A stretch of DNA of 64,000 nucleotides from Crocinitomicaceae bacterium (GTDB lineage: Bacteria; Bacteroidota; Bacteroidia; Flavobacteriales_D; Crocinitomicaceae), in NCBI GenBank assembly GCA_029254025.1, contig JAQWYK010000006.1:7260-71259 (forward strand). Direction: 5' to 3'. The notes under the pieces were generated by a model. It was not told the DNA's origin, did no database searches, and saw nothing but the letters and a program-made list of their open reading frames with translations. The position numbers and the translations under genes were made by a program. The number at the start of each line of letters is the position of its first letter. Position 1 is the stretch's first letter. Positions 40,367 to 50,707 of this stretch are shown in pieces.

Positions 40367-40488
40367 TTATATTCTCCGATTATTCGGAATCTGGAATTGG
40401 CACCGGTTTTCCAACCCGTCAAATGACGGACTTAAAGTTGGTTGCCAGAGGGTCACTGAGCCAGTCTCTCACCTCTTCTGTATAAACT
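40367..40488 (-). ncRNA. SAM-I (S-box) riboswitch aptamer upstream of metY-metX-hom
   Basis: Minus-strand read: TTTATACAGAAGAGGTGAGAGACTGGCTCAGTGACCCTCTGGCAACCAACTTTAAGTCCGTCATTTGACGGGTTGGAAAACCGGTGCCAATTCCAGATTCCGAATAATCGGAGAATATAAA. This matches the SAM-I conserved core (AGAGnGGnGAGnGACUGGC, GGCAACC, GGUGCCAAUUCC), a P4 hairpin CCGAauaaUCGG, and P1 TTTATA/TATAAA. Confidence 0.8.
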
Positions 40489-40530
40489 TTCAATTTCCAC
40501 GAATGGAACGATTTGTCCTTTAAGACGCCG

Positions 40531-40561
40531 CAAATGTATGGTAAATATTTAATTCTCCAAA
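40531..40561 (-). promoter_or_regulatory. candidate Bacteroidota sigmaA-type promoter (-33 TTTG / -7 TACATTTG) for the riboswitch-met operon
   Basis: Minus strand: TTTG (40561-40558), 19 nt, TACATTTG (40538-40531), about 40 nt upstream of the riboswitch 5' end. Matches the TTTG-N19-TAnnTTTG consensus. Confidence 0.35.
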
Positions 40562-40567
40562 AGTTTT

Positions 40568-40610
40568 GCAAAAAAAAAAGGAGCAAATACAATTTGCTCC
40601 TTTCTCAACA
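40568..40610 (-). terminator. rho-independent terminator of the DUF2911 gene
   Basis: Minus strand GGAGCAAATtgtATTTGCTCC followed by T10. Confidence 0.7.
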
Positions 40611-40634
40611 CGCTTAAAATTTGCGTTATTTCTT

Positions 40635-41501
40635 TTACTTCGATTTCTTAGAAACTGGGAGTTTTCTCCACTCTTCAAGAGATTCCTCGTTCATTTTAAT
40701 ATAACTTCCGTAGTTCGCTTTTTTTGCTTCTTCTAATGACAACTCTGCGGATTTTATTGCAGCAGGAATATCGCCCATTTCAAATTCAATTAATGCCTTC
40801 TTACGGGTGTACCAAAACGCTTCTAATCCCCTCATTTCAACTGCTTTTGTAATATATTCACGTGCTTTTTCCAATTGGATTTTCTCTTCTAGGTAAAAGC
40901 TAGCAGCGTTGTAGTAATCTCTATCAGATGGGCCGGACATAGTCTTCTCGATAGATGCCATTGCTATTTCTTTGGTAGGTACCTTAACGGGTAAATCAAC
41001 AACAACATTTTCCCATGCGAATTGCAAGTCAGCACCACTTGTGGTTAGATTTTCAAAACTAATTGAGAAGCTTTCTTTTTTCGAAGTAGCCATTTTTACA
41101 GGTAGAATTATTTCAGCAACTATTTTATCAGCACTCCAGTCGTCAGGAACGCCTCCGTTATCGGTCTCGTTATACAAGTATATTGTCCACATTTTTGCTT
41201 CTGGCTTAGCATAAACAGCATATTTACCGGCTACCACCTCTTTTCCAGCAAAATCAATCGTAGAAGAGAACTCTAAGGTTGTATTCATGTTTGCACCAGT
41301 TCTCCAAACTTCTCCATAAGGGATCACATTACCAAAAATTTCACGATCGCGCACTGAAGGTCTTGAATATTCTATTGTAAAATCAGTTAATCCTACTTTT
41401 TGGTTAACTGTGCTGCGCGGACTTAAATCAGGCATTTTTACTTGACCAATTGAAAGGCTTGTAATTCCAAAAGCAAGTGTTAATGAAGCAATTTTTTTCA
41501 T
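40635..41501 (-). CDS. DUF2911-like lipoprotein with C-terminal TPR-like helical region
   Basis: 288 aa. Signal peptide MKKIASLTLAFGITSLSIG, N-terminal beta-rich domain, C-terminal helical part. Family assignment from memory of Bacteroidota proteins. Confidence 0.5.
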   Translation of the reverse strand: MKKIASLTLAFGITSLSIGQVKMPDLSPRSTVNQKVGLTDFTIEYSRPSVRDREIFGNVIPYGEVWRTGANMNTTLEFSSTIDFAGKEVVAGKYAVYAKPEAKMWTIYLYNETDNGGVPDDWSADKIVAEIILPVKMATSKKESFSISFENLTTSGADLQFAWENVVVDLPVKVPTKEIAMASIEKTMSGPSDRDYYNAASFYLEEKIQLEKAREYITKAVEMRGLEAFWYTRKKALIEFEMGDIPAAIKSAELSLEEAKKANYGSYIKMNEESLEEWRKLPVSKKSK

Positions 41502-41514
41502 TATTATTTATTTG

Positions 41515-43644
41515 TTAGTTAAAGTTTACTTGTTTAATTCCCATGTTATGCAAGGTGAAACCAAAAATATCGGCATTTTGTTCGATAACCTTTGAAATTG
41601 GCGTTCCTGCTCCATGCCCCGCATTCGTTTCTATTCGAATTAATACAGGGTTTTCTCCTTTATGTTTCGCTTGTAATTCAGCGGCAAACTTAAATGAATG
41701 CGCCGGAACTACTCTATCGTCATGATCTCCTGTTGTAATCAATGTAGCTGGATAAGAAACGCCTTCTTTCACATTGTGTACTGGAGAATAGTTTAATAAG
41801 TATTCCAGCATTTCTGGGCTATCATCTGTTGTTCCGTAATCATACGCCCAACCAGCTCCTGCTGTAAATTTATGGTAGCGTAACATATCAAGCACTCCAA
41901 CTGCTGGAAGCGCAACTTTCATTAAGTCAGGACGTTGTGTCATAGTAGCACCTACTAAAAGACCTCCATTACTTCCTCCTCGAACAGCAAGAAAATCAGA
42001 TGATGTATATTTTTCAGCAATTAAGTATTCACCTGCCGCGATAAAATCATCAAAAACATTCTGCTTTTTAAACTGTGTCCCAGCGTCGTGCCACTTTTTT
42101 CCATACTCTCCTCCTCCACGGAGATTGGCCACGGCATAAATCCCCCCTGCTTCCATCCATACTGCATTTGCAACACTGAATGAAGGAGTCAAACTTACGT
42201 TGAATCCTCCGTATCCATAAAGAATGGTAGGATTATCACTGGTTTTCTCAACGCCCTTCTTATAAGTAATAATCATAGGTACCTTGGTTCCATCTTTCGA
42301 AGTATAGAATACTTGTTCAGACATAAAATCAGCTGGGTTATAATCCATATCTGGTTGCCAGTAAAGGCTGGAAGCGCCTGTTTCCGAGAAAAATGTGTAT
42401 ATGCTTGGCGGTGTGATATAATTCGTAAATGAAAAATACAATGTAGAGTCATCATCTTCTCCTCCAAAACCATTTGCGGTACCTATACCCGGTAATTCGA
42501 CCGTACGGATTAATTTCCCAGTATAATCGAGTTGCTTCACTTCGGAAATTGCATCTTTCATGTACGAAGCAAATAAATATCCAGCTCCTTTAGAAACGCT
42601 TAATACATGTTCTGATTCGGGAATAACGTCTTCCCAATTCTCCACTTGGGGAGTGGTTGCAGATACCTTACATAAACGCTGGTTTGGGGCGTTGAAATTC
42701 GTAACGATATAACAAAAATCTTCTTTAACTGTTAATACATACGCATCTTGTTCATAACCCGTTACCATTGGTATTATTGGAGCATTCTCATCTTCAAGAT
42801 TTTTTATCAATAGTTCATTCCCTGATGTAGAAACAGCGCCAGTGATAAATAAATATTTACCATCTTTGGAGACATCTCCCCCTATGTAGCGTCGCTTCTC
42901 CCCATCTTTCATTCCATATATCACTTTATCACTAGATTGCACTGTTTTTAATTTGTGATAATACAGCTTGTGTTGGTCTGTCATTTCAGACAATTCACTT
43001 CCTTTTGGCTTATCGTAACTGCTGTAGAAAAATCCATGATTTTGTTTCCACGATATCCCTGAGAATTTAATGTCAACAAGGGTGTCTTCTACCATTTCTT
43101 TGGTTTCAGCGTCGATTACTATGACTTTTCTCCAGTCACTTCCTCCTTCTGAAATTGCGTAGGCCGCCAAGCTACCATCTTCGGAAAATGATAATTGACC
43201 TAAGGAGGTAGTTCCATCTGCAGAGAATTCATTTGGATTCAAAAACACTTCCTCTTTATCCGTAGAGTCTTTACGATAAACAACATATTGATTTTGAAGT
43301 CCATCATTTTTGTAGTAATATGTGTACTTGCCTCTTTTAAAGGGAGATCCAATCTTTTCGTAGTTCCATAATTTGGTTAAACGATCTTTTATTGCTGCTT
43401 TTACAGGGATATCTTTTAGATAGGCAAATGTCACTTCATTCTGTTGGATAACCCAATCTTTGGTTTCCTCGCTCATGTCGTCTTCTAACCAACGGTAAGG
43501 GTCAGCGACTACTTTTCCGTGAATCGTATCGACCACGTCTCCCTTTTTTGTTTCTGGATAAGTCATTTCCTTAATCTCCTCGGGTAATGAACAACTTGCG
43601 ACCAACCCAACAATGGAAGCCGTAATACACAATTTTCTTCGCAT
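41515..43644 (-). CDS. prolyl oligopeptidase (S9A family)
   Basis: 709 aa. N-terminal DPYRWLED motif, propeller region, catalytic Ser motif GGSNGGLLVG, later HGAG... His region. Lipoprotein-type signal. Confidence 0.85.
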   Translation of the reverse strand: MRRKLCITASIVGLVASCSLPEEIKEMTYPETKKGDVVDTIHGKVVADPYRWLEDDMSEETKDWVIQQNEVTFAYLKDIPVKAAIKDRLTKLWNYEKIGSPFKRGKYTYYYKNDGLQNQYVVYRKDSTDKEEVFLNPNEFSADGTTSLGQLSFSEDGSLAAYAISEGGSDWRKVIVIDAETKEMVEDTLVDIKFSGISWKQNHGFFYSSYDKPKGSELSEMTDQHKLYYHKLKTVQSSDKVIYGMKDGEKRRYIGGDVSKDGKYLFITGAVSTSGNELLIKNLEDENAPIIPMVTGYEQDAYVLTVKEDFCYIVTNFNAPNQRLCKVSATTPQVENWEDVIPESEHVLSVSKGAGYLFASYMKDAISEVKQLDYTGKLIRTVELPGIGTANGFGGEDDDSTLYFSFTNYITPPSIYTFFSETGASSLYWQPDMDYNPADFMSEQVFYTSKDGTKVPMIITYKKGVEKTSDNPTILYGYGGFNVSLTPSFSVANAVWMEAGGIYAVANLRGGGEYGKKWHDAGTQFKKQNVFDDFIAAGEYLIAEKYTSSDFLAVRGGSNGGLLVGATMTQRPDLMKVALPAVGVLDMLRYHKFTAGAGWAYDYGTTDDSPEMLEYLLNYSPVHNVKEGVSYPATLITTGDHDDRVVPAHSFKFAAELQAKHKGENPVLIRIETNAGHGAGTPISKVIEQNADIFGFTLHNMGIKQVNFN

Positions 43645-43906
43645 AGTTTTTCAGTTTGAGACCGAAATTAAGCAATAATTTTGATTGTTCTTCTATTTCT
43701 GCAGTTGTTAGGTGTTTGTTGAATTATACTACTATACTTTACAATAACGTTGATGATGTGTTTACTCGTTTCTTCAATCACCGCATGACTTTCACTTTAG
43801 GAGTTCAAAGTATGAAAAAATGACGATTCTTATTTTCAAGGCATTTGAAGTTTTGAATTCGATGTATTTCTACGTACATTTAGCGTTCTAAATTTAACAA
43901 AAAGTT

Positions 43907-46900
43907 ATGCTAAAACTTCTGATAAACACCAAAAGCTTAGTGCTCAGTGCGTGTGCAGCTCTTTTTATAGGAACTGCTTCTCATGCCCAAATGAGGGGGC
44001 CACTGGAGGAACCTTTTATTCCTGGACATATTATTGTTCAACTCGCCGAAGGTGCGAATATTGAACGGATTATTAGTCATTTATCCCATGATTATGAATT
44101 TCAATTGAATCGTCTCTTATCTGACAATATGCGCGCTTTTTTGATTGAGTTTAATCCATCTACCATTGGTCAACTCGAAGCGTTGAAATTGGTGAATAGT
44201 CAACCAGGAATCACGATTGCACAAAATAATCACTTGGTTGAAATTCGTCAGGCTCCAAACGATAACGAGTTTAATCAACAATGGCACCATGTCAATACGG
44301 GACAAACAGGAGGTACTGTTGACGCAGACATTGACATTGATGAAGCTTGGGATATAACTACTGGAGGGCAGAATGCATTGGGTCACGATATCGTTGTTTG
44401 TATTTTGGAACAAGTTGATTTTTCTCACAATGATCTTATCAATAACCGTTGGACAAATACCGCTGAAATACCAGCGAATGGTGTTGATGACGACGGAAAT
44501 GGTTACATCGATGATATTAATGGATGGAACGTAGGTACGAACAATGGAACTTTACCAACGAACAATTCGGGACATGGCACAAACGTGGCTGGAATGATAG
44601 GTGCTCAAGGTAATAATAGCCTGGGCGTTGCAGGAGCAAACTGGGATGTAAAAATGATGAACGTTGTAGGTTACAATATCAACTCAGAAGCATCGGTCGT
44701 TTCTGCGTACAATTATCCATTAACGTTAAGAAAGCGGTATAATCAAACGAACGGTACGGAAGGTGCTTTTGTAGTATCTACGAACGCTTCTTGGGGTATT
44801 GACGGTGCCAATCCAAACAACTTTCCAATATGGTGTGCTTTTTATGATACATTAGGGGTACACGGTATTTTAAATTGTGGAGCGACTACCAATAGTAATT
44901 TGAATGTAGATGTTTCTGGAGATATGCCCACAGCTTGTCCAAGTCAATATATGTTAGGAATTGGTCGTTCTGATCATAATGATAATTTCGCTGGAGGGTA
45001 TGGATTAACGACAATTGACTTCCCTGCTCCGGGTATTAACGTGCGTACAACTGCAAATGGAAATACCTATACGACAACTACTGGAACCTCTTTTTCGAGT
45101 CCGTTGACAGCGGGAGTTGTAGCCCTACTCTATTCAATTCCATGTCCCACATTCATGAATATTGTATTGAATGACCCGCAAGAAGGAGCTGATTTGGTAT
45201 TCAATTCACTTATGGATGGCTTGGACTTAAAACCAAATTTGACGAATTTCTTTATTGGTGGAGGTCGATTAAATGTAAAAAATTCTATGGATTTATTGAT
45301 GACTGCTACGTGTAGTACATGTACTCCACCTTCGGATATTACATTATCTAGTGTAAATGACAATGACGCATCTATCTCCTACACGGGGGTTCCTGATGCT
45401 GATAATTACACAGTGTTCATCCAAGAAGCTGGTTCAGGAAACTGGTCATCTTTTACGACTACGAATACTACGTATACGTTTACTGGATTAACGACTTGTA
45501 CTGAATATGAATTCTACATTGAGACTACATGTGCGACTGAAACAAGTATTTCCTCTACGGTTCAATCATTTGCTACGTCCGGTTGTGGAAACTGTATCGA
45601 TTTAACTTATTGTGCGACTGGAACAACGAATCCAGATATTTTCGTAGGTGTTCACTCTCCAGCAAGTGTAGAAACGGAATATACTGCATACACTTTGACT
45701 TCTGGTTGGGGTGCTGATTTAGCGGACGGATATGCTTATGGAGACCTGGTTTTAGTGGATGATGGTACAGCTAATGGAGCTGAAGGTTGCGGTGCATTAA
45801 TTAATGGCGCTGCTGTAGCTGGTAACATAGCTGTTGCGCTGAGAGGGACTTGTAACTTCTCATTAAAAGCCCTTAATGCACAGAATGCAGGTGCAACTGC
45901 ATTGTTATTAATAAACAATGGAAATGCGCCGCCTGCTTCCTTAGGTGATGGCGGTGAAGGTCCTCAAATTACGATTCCAGTACTTATGGTTTCTGATGTC
46001 GATGGCACTGATCTTTTGGCATTGTTAGAAGGTGGAGGAAACGCTATAGGCTTTATCGGTCAACAAAATGAATGGATAGAGTCTTTTGAATTGAATGGGA
46101 TTTTAAATGTTTCTGGTGATGATGGCGGGTACCGCGCTCCGAGTTTATCACCAATTAACCTAGATGTGAACACTCCATATACCTTTACTCTAACTCCTGG
46201 TCAAGTGGGTCAATCAATGAATCAGTATACTCGGATTTGGGTAGACTTGAACCAAGATGGAACGTTTGATGCTGCTGAAGTTGTGTATGATCAAACAACT
46301 GCCGTTAGCGGTGTATTAACGGATGTATTGACCATTCCTGCAACTGCTTCATTGGGAAGTACGCGAATGCGGGTTCAAATGGCATATCAAGGATATGGAG
46401 CTGATCCACTACCTGCTGTTTGTGGTGATTTTGTTTCTGGTGAAGTGGAAGATTATTGTTTGGAACTTTCATCCGGTGTTGTGTGCGGTACTGTTTTAAA
46501 TGAAACGGTAGTTCAACCGTCTTGTTCACAAGTGCAAGATGGGTCAATTACTTTAGCGCCAACCGGTGGAGTTGCTCCTTATACATATTCTTGGAACAAT
46601 GGAGCTGGTAATGTGCCTAGCGTCTCAGGATTAGGTGCCGGAACTATTATCGTTACAGTTACTGATAATACTGGATGTGTTACGACACAATCCTTTACAT
46701 TGGCCTATACTACATCTATTGCTGTAACAGCTACCACAACAGATCCATCTTGCTCTCCAAATATGGATGGTTCAATTACGGCAAATGCGACTGGAGGAAC
46801 AGGTTTTGGGTACCAATGGACAGCCGGTCCGGCGGCGGCGACCTATTCAGGTCTGGGAGCCGGAACATATCAAGTAACAGCTACAGCAGCCAATGGGTGT

Positions 46901-47653
46901 TCCGCTCAGGCGTCTTATACTTTAGCATATACAACGGATTTAGTAGTTAATGGTAATGTAACGAATCCTTCTTGTAGTAATATTCAGGACGGTTCAATAA
47001 CTGTAAGTGCAACTGGAGGAACAGGATTAACTTACCAATGGACAGGTGGTCCTGCTGCTGCTGCGTATACTAGTATTGGTGATGGAACTTATGAAGTTAC
47101 AGTTACAGCATCGAACGGTTGTGTAGCAACTGAGACTTTTACTCTAGCTGCAAACCCATCTGCTCCATCGGCTTCATTTATTTATAATCAATCAAGCTTG
47201 ACCTTTTCGTTTATTAATACGAGTTCAAATGGAAACAGTTATGCATGGGATTTTGGAGACGGTAATACCTCAGCGTCTTTTAACCCTACTCACACCTATG
47301 CGGCTGATGGAACATATAACGTATGCTTGACAGTTACAGGGACATGTGAGGATGTTACTTCATGTGAGCAAATCATTGTGAATACGGTTGGATTAGAGAA
47401 TGTTCAATCGACTTCAGGAATCAACGTTTTCCCGAATCCTGCTTCTGATGAAATCAATTTCGAAATTACTATTACTGATGCTGATGAAATTATGATTTTA
47501 GACGCTTCAGGAAAATTGGTTCAGATGGTGACGATTAACAAGGAGTTGACCAGTGTAAATGTAAATCAGTTAACAAATGGATTGTATATCTATCAAGTAT
47601 ACAATACAAAAGGTGATCGGATTTATGTTGATAAGTTTAGTATTACTAAATAA
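43907..47653 (+). CDS. S8 (subtilisin-like) peptidase with PA domain, SprB repeats, PKD-like domain and T9SS type-A C-terminal sorting domain
   Basis: 1248 aa. S8 His and Ser motifs (HGTNVAGMIGA; GTSFSSPLTAGVVALL), PA-like insert, 4 SprB repeats (GSITLAPTGGVAPYTYSWNNG...), C-terminal T9SS CTD (...VFPNPASDEINFEI...LYIYQVYNTKGDRIYVDKFSITK). Confidence 0.85.
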   Translation: MLKLLINTKSLVLSACAALFIGTASHAQMRGPLEEPFIPGHIIVQLAEGANIERIISHLSHDYEFQLNRLLSDNMRAFLIEFNPSTIGQLEALKLVNSQPGITIAQNNHLVEIRQAPNDNEFNQQWHHVNTGQTGGTVDADIDIDEAWDITTGGQNALGHDIVVCILEQVDFSHNDLINNRWTNTAEIPANGVDDDGNGYIDDINGWNVGTNNGTLPTNNSGHGTNVAGMIGAQGNNSLGVAGANWDVKMMNVVGYNINSEASVVSAYNYPLTLRKRYNQTNGTEGAFVVSTNASWGIDGANPNNFPIWCAFYDTLGVHGILNCGATTNSNLNVDVSGDMPTACPSQYMLGIGRSDHNDNFAGGYGLTTIDFPAPGINVRTTANGNTYTTTTGTSFSSPLTAGVVALLYSIPCPTFMNIVLNDPQEGADLVFNSLMDGLDLKPNLTNFFIGGGRLNVKNSMDLLMTATCSTCTPPSDITLSSVNDNDASISYTGVPDADNYTVFIQEAGSGNWSSFTTTNTTYTFTGLTTCTEYEFYIETTCATETSISSTVQSFATSGCGNCIDLTYCATGTTNPDIFVGVHSPASVETEYTAYTLTSGWGADLADGYAYGDLVLVDDGTANGAEGCGALINGAAVAGNIAVALRGTCNFSLKALNAQNAGATALLLINNGNAPPASLGDGGEGPQITIPVLMVSDVDGTDLLALLEGGGNAIGFIGQQNEWIESFELNGILNVSGDDGGYRAPSLSPINLDVNTPYTFTLTPGQVGQSMNQYTRIWVDLNQDGTFDAAEVVYDQTTAVSGVLTDVLTIPATASLGSTRMRVQMAYQGYGADPLPAVCGDFVSGEVEDYCLELSSGVVCGTVLNETVVQPSCSQVQDGSITLAPTGGVAPYTYSWNNGAGNVPSVSGLGAGTIIVTVTDNTGCVTTQSFTLAYTTSIAVTATTTDPSCSPNMDGSITANATGGTGFGYQWTAGPAAATYSGLGAGTYQVTATAANGCSAQASYTLAYTTDLVVNGNVTNPSCSNIQDGSITVSATGGTGLTYQWTGGPAAAAYTSIGDGTYEVTVTASNGCVATETFTLAANPSAPSASFIYNQSSLTFSFINTSSNGNSYAWDFGDGNTSASFNPTHTYAADGTYNVCLTVTGTCEDVTSCEQIIVNTVGLENVQSTSGINVFPNPASDEINFEITITDADEIMILDASGKLVQMVTINKELTSVNVNQLTNGLYIYQVYNTKGDRIYVDKFSITK

Positions 47654-47670
47654 ACTGGTAAATAACTGGA

Positions 47671-47706
47671 TAAAGCCGTTCTCTGTGGGAACGGCTTTTT
47701 TATTTT
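47671..47706 (+). terminator. rho-independent terminator
   Basis: taaagccgttctctgtgggaacggcttttttatttt. Confidence 0.7.
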
Positions 47707-47739
47707 GTTGAAGTAACTTTAGATGAATTTAGTAGTTTT

Positions 47740-48372
47740 ATGGCTATGGTTAAATGGATTTTTATCTGTGCCCTTATTGGATGTTTATTTAGTTGTCAAG
47801 AACAAGCAACCGAGGAGGAATTGTATGATCTTCTTCTTGTCTGTTATAATGATTATTATGAGTCATCCGATATTGCGGCCAGTGACACACTTCACGAATT
47901 CGAAAACTTCCTCATTTCAGAAGGTCATCTACAGGGCCCCACTGGAAAATCCTATCGTGAATTACTTTCCTACCTCAAAACGAATACGTACTTCAAGCTA
48001 CCGTTAAAAAAAATTGATTTTACCAACGAATTGCTCTACGATAATCCGTCAGACCTAATCTACTGCGTTCATTATAATTTTAATATTGATAGTGCCCAGT
48101 TTATGAATTTACAGTATTATCAATGTGCTCAGACTTTAGGTGAATACATGCAAGGTCCGTCAATTAATATTCATGATGTGTTTGACACATACATTCATTA
48201 TTTGGATGAAGAGACCATAGAACAACCATTCGTGCGAGAGTCACTACTTCAATTTTTCTATCGGTGGTATTTCACGAGCAAATACAATCGTGAAATCGAA
48301 ATCCCATCACAAGAGAAAGAAGCGGAAACATCCTCAGAATCGATATTCGAAGATGAGATTGAAGTTCTATAA
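47740..48372 (+). CDS. hypothetical lipoprotein
   Basis: 210 aa, lipobox IGCLFSCQEQ, acidic C-terminus. Confidence 0.5.
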   Translation: MAMVKWIFICALIGCLFSCQEQATEEELYDLLLVCYNDYYESSDIAASDTLHEFENFLISEGHLQGPTGKSYRELLSYLKTNTYFKLPLKKIDFTNELLYDNPSDLIYCVHYNFNIDSAQFMNLQYYQCAQTLGEYMQGPSINIHDVFDTYIHYLDEETIEQPFVRESLLQFFYRWYFTSKYNREIEIPSQEKEAETSSESIFEDEIEVL

Positions 48373-48621
48373 ATCAACACGGTTAATTCGGAATTCATCT
48401 GGTACCTCTAATGGTCGATTTGCCGCTTTATGCACGACTAAAAACTAAAAATCAAATCCTTTCAGTAATGCTAAGTATAACCGACGGATATAACTGCTAC
48501 AATCAGAATAAAGGTAAATATATAAGGCATACAGGAACGTGTTTTGATGCATTGTAAATTTCACAACCAGTCTCGCAAGATTATGCCACAATTGTTACAC
48601 ATTATCTTGTATCTTCGCTAT

Positions 48622-50043
48622 ATGTCCATTCGCAAACAATTAAGAGCTGCCATAACAAGTTATTTCCCTTTTGAATTATCGGGAGAGCAAGCCATTTTAG
48701 CTGATCAATTGTGTGATTTCTTCGTTAGTCAAGACGTTTTAGAATTGTTTGTACTCAACGGCTATGCGGGTACAGGAAAAACTACCCTTCTCAGCGCTTT
48801 TGTGAATGCCTTGAAGGAAGTAAAAGGAAAATCTGTACTTCTAGCGCCTACTGGAAGGGCTGCAAAAGTTTTTTCGAACCGTTCAGGACAGCCAGCGCAG
48901 ACAATTCATAAAAAAATATATCGGAAAGAAACAGTTCCAGGTGGTGGAGTTCAATTGGTGGTCCCTCCTAACCTGCATACAAATACTATTTTTTTTATTG
49001 ATGAAGCTTCGATGATTGGCGATTATTCGCTTCGAAATGACGGTAGTGTGAGTCCGCGAAATTTGTTGGAAGATGTCATTAACTATGTGTATTCTGGTAA
49101 AAACTGTAAGATTATTTTTATTGGAGATGTTGCCCAGTTGCCGCCGGTAGGAAGCGATTTTAGTCCGGCGTTGAATCGAGAATACTTAAGTCAGCGATAT
49201 GGTCGATTGACGATTTTAAGCTTTCAACTTAAGAATGTATTGCGGCAAGCAGAGGATTCCGATATTTTAATTAACGCTACACAATTGCGTTCTGCACCTG
49301 AGAATGCATTTCCTAAATTCTCTATTGGTTCAAATAAAGATTTGCTTCGACTACCTGGAGATGAGCTACAAGACGCCCTTGATAGTGCTTTTTCCAAATA
49401 TGGCCGTGACGAGACCATCATTATTACCCGAAGTAATAAGCGAGCAAACTTGTACAACCAACAGGTTCGCTCGCGTATATTGTGGCATGAAGAGGATATT
49501 TGTGGCGGAGATTTGGTAATGGTTGTTAGAAATAATTACTTCTGGTTGGACGATACTTCGCAAGCAGGTTTTATTGCTAACGGAGAAATCATGGAAATTG
49601 AGCGAATTTCGGGACGCGAAGAGATGTACGGGTTTCAGTTTGCCGATGCACGGGTGCGATTAGTAGACTATCCAAAAATAGGCTCAATTGAGGTTAAAAT
49701 CATGTTAGACGTCATTTATGAAGACACCCCGAATCTTTCTAGAGATAAAATGAAAGAGCTCTTTTATGCTGTAGAGCGCGATTATGCTTTCGAACGTAAT
49801 AAAAAGAAACGCTATGAGCGTATTATGGCAGATCCATACTTCAATGCTTTACAAATCAAGTTTGCTTATGCTGTGACGTGTCATAAATCCCAAGGCGGAC
49901 AATGGGCATGCGTGTTTTTGGACCAAGGTTTTCTTACAGAAGACCTACTCGATCAAAACTTCTTTCGTTGGCTATATACGGCGTTTACAAGACCGACAGA
50001 GAGGCTTTACTTAATCAACTTCGACAATGCGTTTTTTGATTAA
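48622..50043 (+). CDS. RecD-like SF1 DNA helicase (ATP-dependent, Dda/TraA-like)
   Basis: Walker A GYAGTGKTTLL, LAPTGRAAK, FIDEASMIGD, C-terminal AVTCHKSQGGQW. Start probably at MSIRKQL (track start 48544 is upstream in frame). Confidence 0.8.
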   Translation: MSIRKQLRAAITSYFPFELSGEQAILADQLCDFFVSQDVLELFVLNGYAGTGKTTLLSAFVNALKEVKGKSVLLAPTGRAAKVFSNRSGQPAQTIHKKIYRKETVPGGGVQLVVPPNLHTNTIFFIDEASMIGDYSLRNDGSVSPRNLLEDVINYVYSGKNCKIIFIGDVAQLPPVGSDFSPALNREYLSQRYGRLTILSFQLKNVLRQAEDSDILINATQLRSAPENAFPKFSIGSNKDLLRLPGDELQDALDSAFSKYGRDETIIITRSNKRANLYNQQVRSRILWHEEDICGGDLVMVVRNNYFWLDDTSQAGFIANGEIMEIERISGREEMYGFQFADARVRLVDYPKIGSIEVKIMLDVIYEDTPNLSRDKMKELFYAVERDYAFERNKKKRYERIMADPYFNALQIKFAYAVTCHKSQGGQWACVFLDQGFLTEDLLDQNFFRWLYTAFTRPTERLYLINFDNAFFD

Positions 50044-50080
50044 GTTTAAAGCCATTATTGGATACATACATGACCAATTA

Positions 50081-50101
50081 AGAGTATAACGATTACTCTT
50101 T
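50081..50101. terminator. putative bidirectional terminator hairpin between convergent helicase and hisIE
   Basis: aagagtataacgattactctt: 7-bp stem with weak T-tracts. Confidence 0.4.
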
Positions 50102-50110
50102 GCTTTCAGT

Positions 50111-50707
50111 CTACTTTCTTCGCTCTTTCAGCACCTCTAGAACATCTTCTAAAAGATAACCCTTTGCCTGTAATAAGATGAGATAGTGAAATAGTAAATC
50201 GGCACTTTCATTGAGGAATAAGTGTTCGTCGTTGTCTTTTGCTTCTATAACTACTTCTACTGCCTCTTCTCCAACTTTTTGGGCCACTTTGTTGATTCCG
50301 CTTTTAAACAGAGAGGAAACGTAGGAATTATCATCTGGATTGTCTTTTCTGTCTTTTATGGTGATTTCCAAATCGCGCAATACACCAAAAGAGGTGTTCG
50401 AACGCTCTCCCCAACAAGTTGTGGTGCCGTTGTGACAAATAGGACCAACTGGAATTGCTTGTATAAGTAGACTGTCTTGGTCACAGTCTAATTCAATACA
50501 TTTTACTTTTAGAAAGTTACCACTCTCCTCGCCTTTTGTCCAAAGTCGGTTTTTAGACCTGGAGAAAAACGTTACTTTATTCGTTTTAGTTGTGGTCTGA
50601 AAAGCCTCCTTGTTCATATATCCGAGCATTAATACTTCACGTGTATCGAAATCTTGAACAATTACAGGAACTAATCCCTCTCCTTTATTGAAATCTATTT
50701 GCATCAT
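50111..50707 (-). CDS. hisIE: bifunctional phosphoribosyl-AMP cyclohydrolase / phosphoribosyl-ATP pyrophosphatase
   Basis: 198 aa: HisI-like N-terminal half and HisE-like C-terminal half. Confidence 0.85.
   Translation of the reverse strand: MMQIDFNKGEGLVPVIVQDFDTREVLMLGYMNKEAFQTTTKTNKVTFFSRSKNRLWTKGEESGNFLKVKCIELDCDQDSLLIQAIPVGPICHNGTTTCWGERSNTSFGVLRDLEITIKDRKDNPDDNSYVSSLFKSGINKVAQKVGEEAVEVVIEAKDNDEHLFLNESADLLFHYLILLQAKGYLLEDVLEVLKERRK

Noticed and set aside
44385-44440. Treating the S8 peptidase as catalytically dead
   Set aside because: The apparent loss of the Asp motif rests on an alignment made by eye. His and Ser motifs are intact, so I report it only as a question, not as a pseudo-enzyme call.
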